Below are positions 40,401 through 50,106 of a DNA stretch of 64,000 nucleotides, in pieces. The notes under the pieces were generated by a model that was given only the letters and a program-made list of their open reading frames with translations, was not told the DNA's origin and ran no database searches. Source of the DNA: Botryllus schlosseri (lineage: Eukaryota); the NCBI GenBank assembly GCA_051294905.1, contig CM119372.1, positions 11,038,001 to 11,102,000 on the forward strand, in the 5' to 3' direction. Within the stretch, counting starts at the first letter, position 1, and every line of letters begins with the position of its first letter. The position numbers and the translations under genes were made by a program.

Positions 40401-42198
40401 CCTTCGTAAGCTGCGTCGGCGGCACTTACGCAGGCGGTTCGGGTTCAAGTTACGCCGTCGAATGTTATTGTGGGCTCATCGACCCCGTGTCGCTGTTCTT
40501 ACGGCGACAAAAAAGGCCCAGAAAAAAGACCCGATGAAGAAGTAAAGAAAAACAAGAGCAAGGAAGAGATTAACATTAAAAAAGATGCGACACCGGGCAC
40601 TAGGCCGAAGTGGATGCCAGATCAAGAGACCGCAGCTGGTCGTTTCGGTATCCTTCTGTCTGTTTATTACACCGCAATGGTGTCTTGTATATCGCATTGT
40701 ACAATGTGTGAGTGGGCAGTTGAAAATATAATCTGACTATTATTGATTGATTATTATTATTGATGTCGCTTAGGTCAGTGGTTCTCAACATTTCCTGCTT
40801 ACGGAGTGGAGATATTTCAAAACAAATTTTGCGGGCCCGTGAACTTTCAAAAATCAAAATTACCCTAGAGTGCCTAGTGTGCAATTACGGCAAAAGTATG
40901 CTACTCGAAGCACATAATTAGAACTTTAATTGAGTGAAAGATTTACTGCTGTGTTTCTGATATTACGTGTATTCTATGAGTGGTTGATGGTTATATTGAA
41001 ATTTCTACAAGGCTGATGAGTCAATCTCGATTTTGACTGTTGGGTTTCCTTTGAAGGAATTGCGACTTCGCTGTTTCTAGGCTCCATATGACATCACAAT
41101 TCACAAAGCGCTCTAAATTTATAAATAAGTTTTGTGTTTTACTTCTATAATTAATATTCAAGCATCCACCTAATACATTTTGCAAAGGTGAATACAATTG
41201 AAATAGGTTTGGTAGACCGGCGGGAAGTTGATACGGGCTACGGCTGAGAACCACTGGTTTATGTCGCTTTGCCTGCTTTCCAACGAACTATGTGAATTCG
41301 TTGTAGTTTCGACAAAATGGCGAACCACTGTTTACTGATAGTGATGTGATACTTACAGGTCCTGCAGTAGGCCACGGGTGCACAACACAGGAACCACGCG
41401 TCATATTAAAATTCGAGTGCACTCGACTCCTGTTACCGGTGACGACTCCGTCTCATTTGTGCCAACCGTCACGGCAACGATAGCGTCATTATGTCGCATA
41501 ACGATGACAAGAATAATGTTATTTTGTTACTATGACGTCACAATTGGCTATATGTAATGTAGTTATATGCAAGTTTTTGAAATTCTCTTTATGCCGACGA
41601 TTACCCCTGAAGAGTGTTGGCTCGAAAAGCTTCTGGTTGTAATATAGTTGTAATATGAATATATTATTGAAATGTATACAAGAATAAGGGTAGACCACGC
41701 ATGGAATTCAGTGGACGTTAACCATAGACATATTTATGAAATATATGAAAAAATCACTTACTGAGGTCGATTGGGTCCGTCATCGAAGCTATAATAAAAT
41801 ACTTTGCATGAATTACGTTTAAAATGGAAATTTAACGCAGAAACACTGTTCAATGTTCAAGCAATCAATATTCATCGAGAAAAACCACTTTAATAAGTTT
41901 TATGCCGTTCCATTTTGTGATAACAATTGAAAAATATTATCCGGCAGTTCATACAAGTCACGGGTGTTATTATTGTGTGAAAAGTTACAAACTATAGTTG
42001 GCTATGAAATCAATATATCGCCTAGAAATACTTATAGTACTCACGGTCAGATCCAGCAGCACTGAAATTAACAAAAAGTTAAGTTTAGGTACGAGCAAAC
42101 GAGCTTTGAATCAAAGCGAAAACAGGCAATACATACCAGTGGGGAGCAGTGCTGCAAAGTATGGCTAGTGCCAAAAATGGGACACAGTAAGCGTCCAT
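1..42198 (-). CDS. Giant secreted vWF/gel-forming-mucin-architecture protein (signal peptide, 3x sushi, D1-D2-D'-D3, VWC-like modules, ~64x 103-aa repeat); 3' end lies outside the window; >=9,457 aa
   Basis: Hand-spliced model, all introns GT-AG and all phases compatible. Exons (minus strand): 42137-42198, 42045-42061, 41762-41788, 39423-39489, 39231-39367, 36496-36700, 35764-35939, 35456-35699, 34494-34707, 34169-34304, 33990-34102, 33306-33456, 33125-33247, 32962-33070, 31537-31725, 31319-31475, 30569-30753, 30388-30512, 30105-30272, 29740-29876, 29565-29671, 29314-29458, 29103-29254, 28506-28674, 28305-28442, 28053-28188, 27892-27989, 27573-27689, 27339-27510, 26053-26198, 25867-25988, 25725-25798, 25561-25659, 25239-25468, <1-23725. 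The first 34 exons total 4,647 nt (1,549 aa). The first three small exons are the least certain. Confidence 0.9.
12852..19039. repeat. Higher-order tandem duplication of 10 units (3,090 bp) within the array
   Basis: Diagnostic variants recur at a 3,090 offset: TAG 13442/16532, CATTCC+AGCGGCGGC units ~14225/17315 and ~14534/17624, heavily diverged unit ~15660-15945/18750-19035. Identity ends at 15949/19039. Confidence 0.93.
19843..23640 (-). repeat. Four diverged ~930-bp (~310-aa) super-repeats, each a Gly/Ala/Asp/Val spacer plus a ~140-aa VWC-like cysteine-rich module
   Basis: Cys modules at ~22622-23047, ~21695-22115, ~20765-21181 and ~19843-20260 share CxDxxGxxRxYGxxW...C..CxC...CC...YECxC...[10 protein letters not shown]...CCP..kCV. 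The intervening spacers resemble the 103-aa unit (e.g. [36 protein letters not shown]). Confidence 0.85.
23945..24293. mobile_element. Intronic hAT-like MITE
   Basis: Termini TAGGGATACCATA / TATGGTCACCCTA; flanks only loosely resemble an 8-bp TSD. Confidence 0.6.
25239..25798 (-). CDS. Gly-rich linker plus an additional TIL-like cysteine-rich domain (3 exons)
   Basis: [82 protein letters not shown] boundaries in phase. Confidence 0.8.
25867..28674 (-). CDS. D3 assembly exons (VWD-C8-TIL-E)
   Basis: [73 protein letters not shown] (D3-type C8 motif), [12 protein letters not shown]...[10 protein letters not shown]. Confidence 0.93.
26827..27070. mobile_element. Partial copy of the TAGGGCTGGGCA MITE family in an intron
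   Basis: Begins TAGGACTGGGCACAATGATTTGAGTACTCGAATC and is collinear with the copies at 58564 and 59897; right end approximate. Confidence 0.7.
29103..29458 (-). CDS. D' exons (TIL'-E')
   Basis: [10 protein letters not shown]...[15 protein letters not shown]...[29 protein letters not shown], typical of the vWF/mucin D' region. Confidence 0.88.
29565..31725 (-). CDS. D2 assembly exons (VWD-C8-TIL-E)
   Basis: [45 protein letters not shown]...[26 protein letters not shown]...[10 protein letters not shown]. Confidence 0.93.
32962..35699 (-). CDS. D1 assembly exons (VWD-C8-TIL-E)
   Basis: [51 protein letters not shown]...[25 protein letters not shown]...[10 protein letters not shown]. Confidence 0.93.
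34425..34452. repeat. (CA)n microsatellite in an intron
   Basis: About 14 CA units. Confidence 0.95.
35764..39489 (-). CDS. Four exons encoding three tandem sushi/CCP-like domains
   Basis: [107 protein letters not shown]. Each fits the C..P..G..C..C...C..G(F/Y)..C..W..C pattern of six-cysteine sushi domains. Confidence 0.8.
36968..37071. mobile_element. 104-bp hAT-type MITE
   Basis: TIR TAGGGTTATGACTTGA / TCAAGTCATAACCCTA with a perfect 8-bp TSD ATATACAT. Confidence 0.88.
37661..38296. mobile_element. Foldback-type non-autonomous DNA transposon with CACTG...CAGTG termini (CMC/EnSpm-like)
   Basis: Long imperfect inverted arms (37720-37800 versus 38172-38255); CA dinucleotide on both flanks as a possible 2-bp TSD. 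Confidence 0.65.
38404..38669. mobile_element. hAT-type MITE with AAGTAG subterminal repeats
   Basis: TIR CAGAGGTGGTCA / TGACCACCTCTG with a perfect 8-bp TSD GTATTGAA; related decayed sequence near 37110-37600 and 38820-38990. Confidence 0.88.
40776..41256. mobile_element. hAT-Charlie-like MITE
   Basis: TIR CAGTGGTTCTCA / TGAGAACCACTG; flanks GCTTAGGT / GTTTATGT (6/8 match). Confidence 0.75.
41593..41637 (+). ncRNA. Minimal type I hammerhead ribozyme-like motif (Penelope-associated type), copy 1
   Basis: ACCC-CTGAAGA-GTGTTGGCTC-GAAA-AGCT-TC-TGGT: CUGANGA and GAAA core boxes, palindromic short stem III, UUC cleavage triplet; upstream GCCGAC can pair with loop GTTGGC. Stem I has one mismatch. 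Confidence 0.55.
41762..42198 (-). CDS. Putative first three coding exons (62, 17 and 27 nt) encoding the signal peptide, [35 protein letters not shown]
   Basis: ATG at 42198 followed by a hydrophobic core; donors GTATGT, GTGAGT, GTAAGT; acceptors TTTCAG and TTATAG; phases join in frame to the first sushi exon at 39489. Confidence 0.65.
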
Positions 42199-43128
42199 GA
42201 TGCGCTATGCGCGTAATAAACCGGTTCTCTTCGAAAAGATACGTAGTTGAATTCTTAGTTCTCTGTCAGCGGCAGGAACAGTTAGACGCTTCAGTGTAGA
42301 AGACGCCTTCCGAATACAGACCTCGGATCAACGGCGGAATATATGCGTTTTCGACCCCACTTCACAACTCCCATCCTGGTTGGCAAGCACTTGTCCTAAA
42401 CAAAATACTTGAATAAATTACCACCAATTAATCGAGACTGTGATAAACCATTTCATGATCATTATAATCACGTCTAGCACCCTTCAATTCCAACGATCAC
42501 GGTCGATTTATTGATTGCCACGTCATAAAGGACAATCGACAAAACAAAAGGTAACGTTACGAAACACACTTCAGGATAAGCCTAACCCGGATTCTGTTGC
42601 GAAATGCAAAGAATAATTAATGAATTAGCTGAAGCCATATTCCATAAATATCCCAAGCTGAAGTGCAATGATGGAGCACATCCTGCTCCGAAAGCTCGAA
42701 ATCCCACTTTACGAGGACATATCAGATACAAGAGGTCAACTTGTCTCTTGCCTCTTCATTGCACTTGTCGTTGGTTACAATGCAGTTAAATGGAATTTCG
42801 TAATTTAACGTCTGTCAAGTGTCAATCTGAAATTTGCACTGATCATATTATAATACATTCTTGGCACAGAATGTGGTGACGTGTCAGAGTGTAGCCGCTG
42901 TACACTTTGTGTGGAGTTCATCTTGCTCGCAATATCGGAACCTCTAAACATATACTGCAACGTAAATTTTAAGATTATGTTAATATGTAGGCCTACATGT
43001 ACAGTGCCGGCAAAACATCGTTACATTCAGACGGCAAAACAGCTTTACTTATAAATCTGCATAAATTCGTAGCTTATTGTTTCCGACTGGGGCATCACGT
43101 CTCCACATTGCTTACAGTATATTATAAC

Positions 43129-43539
43129 TAGGGCTGGGCAAAATCGAGTACTTGAGTGATTCGATTCTGAATCACGCAATATGCTTCGAGTCGAGTCGAG
43201 TAATCGAGTATCACTCATTATGACGTCATAACAGAATGTAATACGACAAAGTTCAAATATGTACCGTTTATGCCACCAAAAAGAATATGATTGCTGTTAT
43301 CCATCTCATAAACGATAATTTGGTATTTTTTCAACCATATCGATTTCATTCGACTTGGTGACAATGTTGTGGATAATCATGACTTCGGAAATGTGCTACG
43401 TCCGGTAACCTTCGTAGCTTTGTACTATATGTTTCGTATGTTCAGTACTCGAAAATATCGTCTTTTACTACTCGACTCGAATCATTAAAATTATTACTCG
43501 ATTCAGATTCGAGTACTCGAATCATTGTGCCCAGCCCTA
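43129..43539. mobile_element. hAT-type MITE (TAGGGCTGGGCA family)
   Basis: TIR TAGGGCTGGGCA / TGCCCAGCCCTA with a perfect 8-bp TSD ATTATAAC; TCGAGT/ACTCGA subterminal repeats. Confidence 0.9.
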
Positions 43540-44780
43540 ATTATAACTAGGGCGTTTTTTCATTTCCGACATGTCAAAATAAGTCAAAAATTAATTGCAG
43601 CGTTTGGTTCAAAGTCAAATTTTCTTGCAACCTGAATTTCGTTTGTATCAAAGATGTTGGAGTTTGGCCGCAGTCGTACAAATTTACAAATTTTGTATCG
43701 TAGATGTTTGCACTGTCGGTGAACTTATCATTTCACATTAGAGCTTGTAGCCTAATTTATAGGCCTACCGTTGTAGATGGCCCACTGTGAATCATAATCG
43801 GTCATATGAAACAAGTAAGTTGACATGCTATGCTCAACGTAACGCAATATCCTAACTGCAGCAAGACTGCTGGGTGTTGGTTCACATATCAAGAAGCGCA
43901 TGATGAAAAATTGTGATGTGGAACAGTGGTTCTCGACCTTTTTGACCTCTCGGACCGGTAAAACTTCAAAACCAATCTCGCGGACCAGTACACCTTTAAA
44001 AGCTAAAATTGGCCATAAATATAATTACGACAACTTGAATGTAAAATTGGAAACCACATTAAAGATTCCTTTTGATACTAGATATTAATGCACACACGTG
44101 GTTATATTGAAGTTTCTGCAAGACGAAGTTCTCGCAAAGTCCTGTTAAAAGTTAAATACCATTAAGCTGATTGTGATTGTTCGGTGTCCTTTGAGAGAAA
44201 TGTGAATTTGCTATAGGCTCTATTTTACTGCCAACACTTAATTTAAATTTGTTTAAAAGTCTCCACAGCTTTCATAACACCTTATCCGAAATGAACTGAA
44301 GTAGGCTAGGTTATAACCAGGGAAAGTTCTTGCAACTTTTGCAACTTTTTTTACAGCTTCCGGTAGCTTCCTAACTACTCAGAAATTATGTAGTATGGTG
44401 TCTTAAGCTGTTTGGAGGTTTCATATATTGCAACTTTTTGCAAATTTTATCCATTTTTTTCATGCTACTTTTTGTAACTTTTCCGATTTTTCATGCAACT
44501 TTTTGCAATTTTTTTTTTTGGATTTTTCATGCAACCAACGTTTTACCGGCATTATTTAGCACTGTATGTAAATAGATCGCTTGATTATTTTACTGTCATT
44601 TAAATTTGAGGTCCTTTCTGATTTGAAGCAGATCACCGAAAAATATATTTTCATTGGGTCAATTTTTTCGGGCTGTTGATTTTGTTTGGAGTCGCCAACA
44701 CTCAGTCTTGCTATAGTGCCTTGGATACGGATCGATTCTGGTATCTCATACCCTAATAATTTCAAGGAACTTGTCCATTC

Positions 44781-47700
44781 GGAGTTGAGATCTTTTCCCC
44801 CGTCGCAATTTTTTATTAATCCAGCTTTTAAAGTCTGGACGAAACGCTCCGCTTCCCCGTTCGAGGCAGGGTGAAAAGACGGTGATACGATACGGCTGAT
44901 TGCCAAATTAGAGCAAAACGTATCGAATTCATTCGATGTGAATTGCGGTCCGCCATCCGTGACAACTGTTATGGGCAAGCCTTCGATAGAGAAGACTTCC
45001 CTCAAAGCGTTGACCACACACAAGGTTGTGGTAGAACCGACATTCATTACTTTAACGAAATGATATTTCGAATGCGCATCGACGATGACAAGAAACATTT
45101 TGTTGTTTATTGGACCTGCGAAATCCAAGTGAATTCGTTCAAAGCTTTCAGAAGTTTTGGGCCATTCGCGATACTGACGATCAGGCGCTATCATTACTTT
45201 GCGGCAAGCGTCGCAAGTCTTCACGAGATTTTCAATGTCGCGATTAATGGAAGGCCATGCGATGTAACGTCGAGCCATCTGCTTCATTTTCGCGATACCC
45301 CAATGTCCTTCGTGCAACAATGATACGACTCGCGAGCGAAGTGACTGCGGAATTACTACGCGCTGAAAACCATCAATATTGAGCATGACTATGTCTTCGT
45401 GCAGAGAAAGCGAATGTTTGCGAGTCGAAAACCAAGAAAAATCATCAATGTGCGTCTTTGGATTCCAATTACCATGAGTGACAGATAATTTTACTAGTTT
45501 CATGGTTTTGTCCTGCAGCGTCGCGTCGCGAATTTCATTGCGAGTTAACGGTAAGCCATCGAATGCCATATTAATAGCGTGAACGATCTCCGCGTTTTCA
45601 CGAATTTCCAGTTCGTCAAACTCAGGATCTGGACCCTTTGGTAGGCGAGATAAACCGTCGGCGTTTCCGTGCTGATTAGTCGGTTTATAGCGAATATCGT
45701 ATTGGTAAGCCATGAGCGTTAGTGCCCATCGCTGTAAGCGTTGCGCTGTAATCACGGGAATTTTCTTGTCCGGCGAGAAAATAGCTAAAAGCGGTTTGTG
45801 GTCCGTTACGAGCGTAAATTTTCTACCATACAAGAATTGACGAAATTTAGTGACTCCGTAAATGATTGACAGAGCTTCCTTCTCTATTTGAGAGTAGGAT
45901 TTTTGCGAATCCGAAAGCGTTTTTGATGCGTGCGCGATCGGTCTCTCTTCGCCATTGTGCTCGATTGAGAGGACAGCGCCGATTCCGAATTGAGAAGCAT
46001 CCGTTGACAAAATGAGATGCTTGTTAACATCATAATGAGCTAATTGCGTAGCGTCGATTACGTCGTTTTTGAGAATGCGAAAAGCTGCGTCACAGTCCGC
46101 ATTCCAAACGAATTCCGCGTCTTTTTGAAGAAGACGGTACAAGGCAGCGGCTTTATTCGTGAAATTAGGAATAAACGCGCGATAATAATTGACTTTGCCC
46201 AGGACTGCCTGTAGCTTGCGAACATCCTGAGGTTTCGGCAACTGTTTGATTGCTTCAACGGATTTGTGAGACGGGCGTTGCCGTCCTTGTCGATTATATG
46301 ACCAAGGTACTCGATACTACTTTTGAAAAATTCACATTTAGCGAAGTTGACGGTGAAACCGTATTCGGTGAGGCGCTCAAAGAGTAGCGATAAGTTGCGG
46401 AAATGATCGCGTTCATCGGTGCCAGTAACGATTATGTCATCGATAAAACTAGCAACACCGGGTAAGCCGGCGATCATGGCATCAATACAACGTTGAAAAT
46501 TTGCGGGACTAGATGCGACTATGAAACACATGCGTCGATAACGGAATAGACCGAATTGCGTGTTGATGACACACAAATTCTTCGCATCATCTAATTCTAG
46601 CTGAAAGTAAGCATCGGGCAAGATCAATTTTCGTGAAAATACAACCACCCTGTAACTTGTGAAGAATTTCATCCAAGGAGGGCAGGGGATGTTGATCTAT
46701 CTGAATTTGTTGATGCAATGCTTTGAAGTCACCACAAATGCGTACTGATCCATTTGATTTAGTGACGGCAACAATTGGTGCTGCCCAATCAGTGTAATTG
46801 ATTGGTTCGAGAATACCTTGATTGACCAATCTATTCAATTCGGTTTGAACAGCGATTTGCCTCGCAAACGGCAAAGGACGTGGCTTGTTAAATACGGGTT
46901 TCAAGTGAATGGTCACCTTTGTCTTGGTGCATCGTCCTAATACATTATAGAGAAAACGGAGGGAAATTTGGACAGAAAAGATACCAATTTGTCGTTCGAA
47001 TCAGAAATGTCAACAGTATTACAGGATTGCGATTTGACCATCTGCGAGGAAATTGCATCCAAAGCAGACGTTCCCTTAGCGGTCATGGAGAAAGCATCGC
47101 TCCAATCAAGACCAAAAATGTTTTGCCCACGGTGTTCGTCGAGAACCACCAATTTTAAGCCAACTCGAACTTCAGAACCCACCTCCACGCTTACAGTGCA
47201 AATACCTTTCACTTTCAGTGGCTTGTCGCCATACGCTACGAAAGAGCAATGGTATGCTGAGAGTTTCGGAGAGCCCAAAGTCTTGTACCCAGTCAATCCC
47301 ACCATGGCGGAGGGTGCACCAGCGTCCCACTGTGTCGGCAAAGGAATGCCGTTGATGCTGGAGTTGATCCAGAGCTGGTTTCCTACGCGTCGATATAGTT
47401 GATCGATGTCGAAGGAGAGGAGCGGCACTGAGCAGAAATTGACGGATGTGACCTGTTGCGTGATACTAGGTTTGGTAGACATGCACACAGGTTTGATATG
47501 ACCCTTACGACCACATTTCTGACATACTGCATGTCGATATTGACAGTCTTTTCTCTGGTGATCGATGAAACAGCGGCTGCAGGATTTCAGTCTTTCTGGG
47601 AAGTTGCCTTGGTTGGATTTGGAAGGTTTTTTCCCCTTCTGATAACTTCCCGTCATTTTGTTGACGACGGAAGTGTCTTTACCGCTACTCTCGCCTTGGA

Positions 47701-48439
47701 TAACCCTATCAGTTTCCAGCGTTCTCACGTCTGTTGCGGCTACTTTGAGAACGTCGTCGAGGGATGGATTGGTTTGTGTTAGACAATGCCGTCTCACATC
47801 CGCGCGCGGCGTTTCTTTAATGATGAGATCGCGCATTAGCTCATCAACGTAGCTCTGATCACAGCCATCTCTTGAGCATATGAAGTTGCAATCTTTGGAG
47901 ATTCCGCGTAGAGTAGCGATCCAATCGGCGTACGATTGTCCCGGCTGCATTTTGCAATTGTAAAATTCGTACCTGGCTGCTTGCACATGAACGGAGTCCT
48001 TGAAGTGTGTAGACAACTTCTCGGTCAACGCGTCGAAGGTTTGCGCACTGACATCAGCCGCATCAAACAAATTACGTAGGAGCGAGTACGTTTCACGTCC
48101 AACCCATGAGAGTAGACACGCTCTTTTTTTCTCCATGTTGGAAATGCCGTAAATTGCTAGGTGATGGTTGAATCGTTGCAGATATTGGTTCCATTTCTCC
48201 TTTTATTTTACAAACGAATCAAACATGGGAGCGGTAGCTTCTAATGTTGACGTACCGGGACTCGACCTCTGTGCTAATTGCGATATGGCTTCCTCATGCT
48301 GCAGCTTTTGCTGCGTCATATCTTCTTTGTGCTGAGCATTTTGCTGCTCCAGCTGAGCTTTTTGATTTGCCATTGTTTCATGTAGACTCGCCATCATTGC
48401 CTGTTGCTTCTCGAGGAGCTTCAGTATACCTGAATCCAT
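44781..48439 (-). pseudogene. Disrupted gag-pol
   Basis: In-frame stops at 48203-48205 and 46937-46939, and frameshifts in RT (ORF pieces 46587-46916, 46058-46672, 44556-46241). Confidence 0.9.
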
Positions 48440-48489
48440 GCTGTATCTTCGTCGCAGAAATAACTATGAATCCGACTTCTGACACCAAT

Positions 48490-48838
48490 TGTTATGTTCT
48501 TGATCTTGTTCGAGCAATAACTCAATGCGACGAGGTTGCAATGAGAAATCAGTATAATATCAGCGGTATAACTTAAGACAGGCGACACGATCCAGAGTGC
48601 AGTTAAATGAAAGACGACGAGACAACAGAACACAGGGTATAAATACAAGCATGCACGACACACGAGGAAATAATGATTGGCGGTAATTACTAGTCCTATA
48701 CAAATTAGGAGTGAAACAACACTGAACGTAAATGAACGAACATAACAAATGCAACATTTTAGTGCAACTTTTACGAAAAATAAATGCAACTTTCCACGGA
48801 TGATTTGACTGCAACAAAATAATGCCCTAGTCATAACA
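48490..48838 (-). repeat. 5' LTR (349 bp) with adjacent primer-binding site
   Basis: Inverted termini TGTTATG...CATAACA; after a 2-nt spacer, TGGTGTCAGAAGTCGGATT (48469-48487), resembling a tRNA-Leu PBS. Confidence 0.85.
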
Positions 48839-48882
48839 CTTGTACCATTGTGACGAACGCCTAAAGTAGACCATCTATACTC

Positions 48883-49739
48883 CAGGGGTGTCAAACATAC
48901 GGCCCGCGGGCCGCATCCGGCCCGCCAGACGATTTCATCCGGCCCGCGAAGCAATTCCGAGTAGATTGCCAGATTCTTATATTTTCCAACACATTTGTAT
49001 CAAATGCTGAGATATTTTGCAGGAAATACTTTCATGTTCATAAGCCCCATTATAACCACCGGACAAGGGTTCTGTGGTTTCACTCTTTACCACTAGTAAC
49101 AAGTTGGTGAAACCGACATGCAATTCCAAGAAGGCAAAAAGTCCACACTAAGTTCAGAGTTTTATACAAATATGGAACAAAAAGTAGTTATTCACAGAAG
49201 CGAAACTGCCAATGCGGAATCGTTATATGCAGTTTACATGGGAAATATATTAGTTTCACAAATATATAATTGAAATATCTATGGTCGCACTGCTGTGTCA
49301 CAGTGTCGACCCAATAGATCCCCAGACACGAGAGAAACCGGAATCGCAGAATAAACCAAATTCCAACGTCCGCGTTTGCAATTATAAATGTCTTGTATTC
49401 TTTACAACCGCATATGCAGGGCTAACGCGGGATTGGGACTAAATCACAGGGAGCATAGAAAATGCCAACTTACATCGTCGTTAACGCCACTGTTATAGCG
49501 GTTCTTATCTGTATTCAACCAGACAATCATTGTATTTTTGCAAATTCAATTGTTCGCAAATAAAGGTGTTGCAACTTGCTACTTTTAAAACCCTATGATC
49601 CATGTATTATAAATATGCTTTTAATCTAGTGAAAAGCAAGAGCACGAGTAACATTTTGGAATCTGTTGATTGATCCGGCCCGCGAGCGATTTGAAGGCTT
49701 GAATCCGGCCTGCGACGCAATTTGAGTTTGACACCCCTG
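48883..49739. mobile_element. hAT-Charlie-like MITE
   Basis: TIR CAGGGGTGTCAAAC / GTTTGACACCCCTG, GGCCCGC subterminal repeats; flanks CTATACTC / ATCTACTC (6/8 match). Confidence 0.85.
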
Positions 49740-49939
49740 ATCTACTCTCTAGAATCTAGATTGCGACGCCATGCAAAAAATAGGTTCCACAATTCTAAAT
49801 AAGTTTATTTCTCTAAATCAATGAAAAATCACCAAACTTCTTGCATTTTGGAATTGAGATATAAAATTCGAATATATCTGGCTTAGCGACAGGAAACTTG
49901 TCACGGACCGGCGGTTGAGAACCACTGATGTAGACAACA

Positions 49940-50106
49940 AGGTCAGAATGAAGCAACACGGTGAGTCACCAAAAGTGTACGGACAACTTCAGTGTTGCCA
50001 GCCAACAGCTGCTGCTGTTGAACGTTCTTTCTCCATTCTTGGCAAGCTAATTAGTATGGACAGACACTTTCTACCCGAGAATGTAGGAAAGTATCTTTCG
50101 TTGTAG
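49940..50106 (+). pseudogene. hAT transposase C-terminal dimerisation-domain remnant
   Basis: QPTAAAVERSFSILGKL...R...L..EN matches the hATC S..ERxFS motif. Confidence 0.65.

Larger units (their letters stand above)
44781..48838 (-). mobile_element. Ty3/Gypsy LTR retrotransposon (Mag-like), 3'-truncated, 5' LTR only
   Basis: Order LTR, PBS, gag (two zinc knuckles CSRCFIDHQRKDC and CQKCGRKGHIKPVC), protease (WDAGA), RT (WAAPIV, FIDDII), RNase H (TDAS, EKEAL, TDHKPL), integrase (HEGH..C..C, HLDFAGP, TDGGPQF, SNGEAER). Homology stops at ~44781. Confidence 0.93.
43924..49927. mobile_element. hAT-Charlie-like element whose termini enclose the Gypsy fragment and a second MITE
   Basis: CAGTGGTTCTC at 43924 and GAGAACCACTG ending at 49927, CGGACCGG subterminal motifs at both ends; flanks ATGTGGAA / ATGTAGAC (6/8 match). 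Confidence 0.6.

Noticed and set aside
40470..40736. 88-aa Lys-rich plus-strand ORF
   Set aside because: Non-ATG start, low complexity, no splice or homology support.
41012..41040. CTGATGAG...CTCGA, a possible third hammerhead
   Set aside because: The GAAA box is absent (GATT) and there is no stem I or III.
41357..41430. Strong minus-strand donor GTAAGT suggesting an extra exon in intron 3
   Set aside because: Candidate acceptors give a stop or an incompatible phase; the model is in frame without it.
44556..44780. C-terminal extension of the 561-aa pol ORF
   Set aside because: Read-through past the Gypsy truncation point into unrelated flanking DNA, not an integrase tail.
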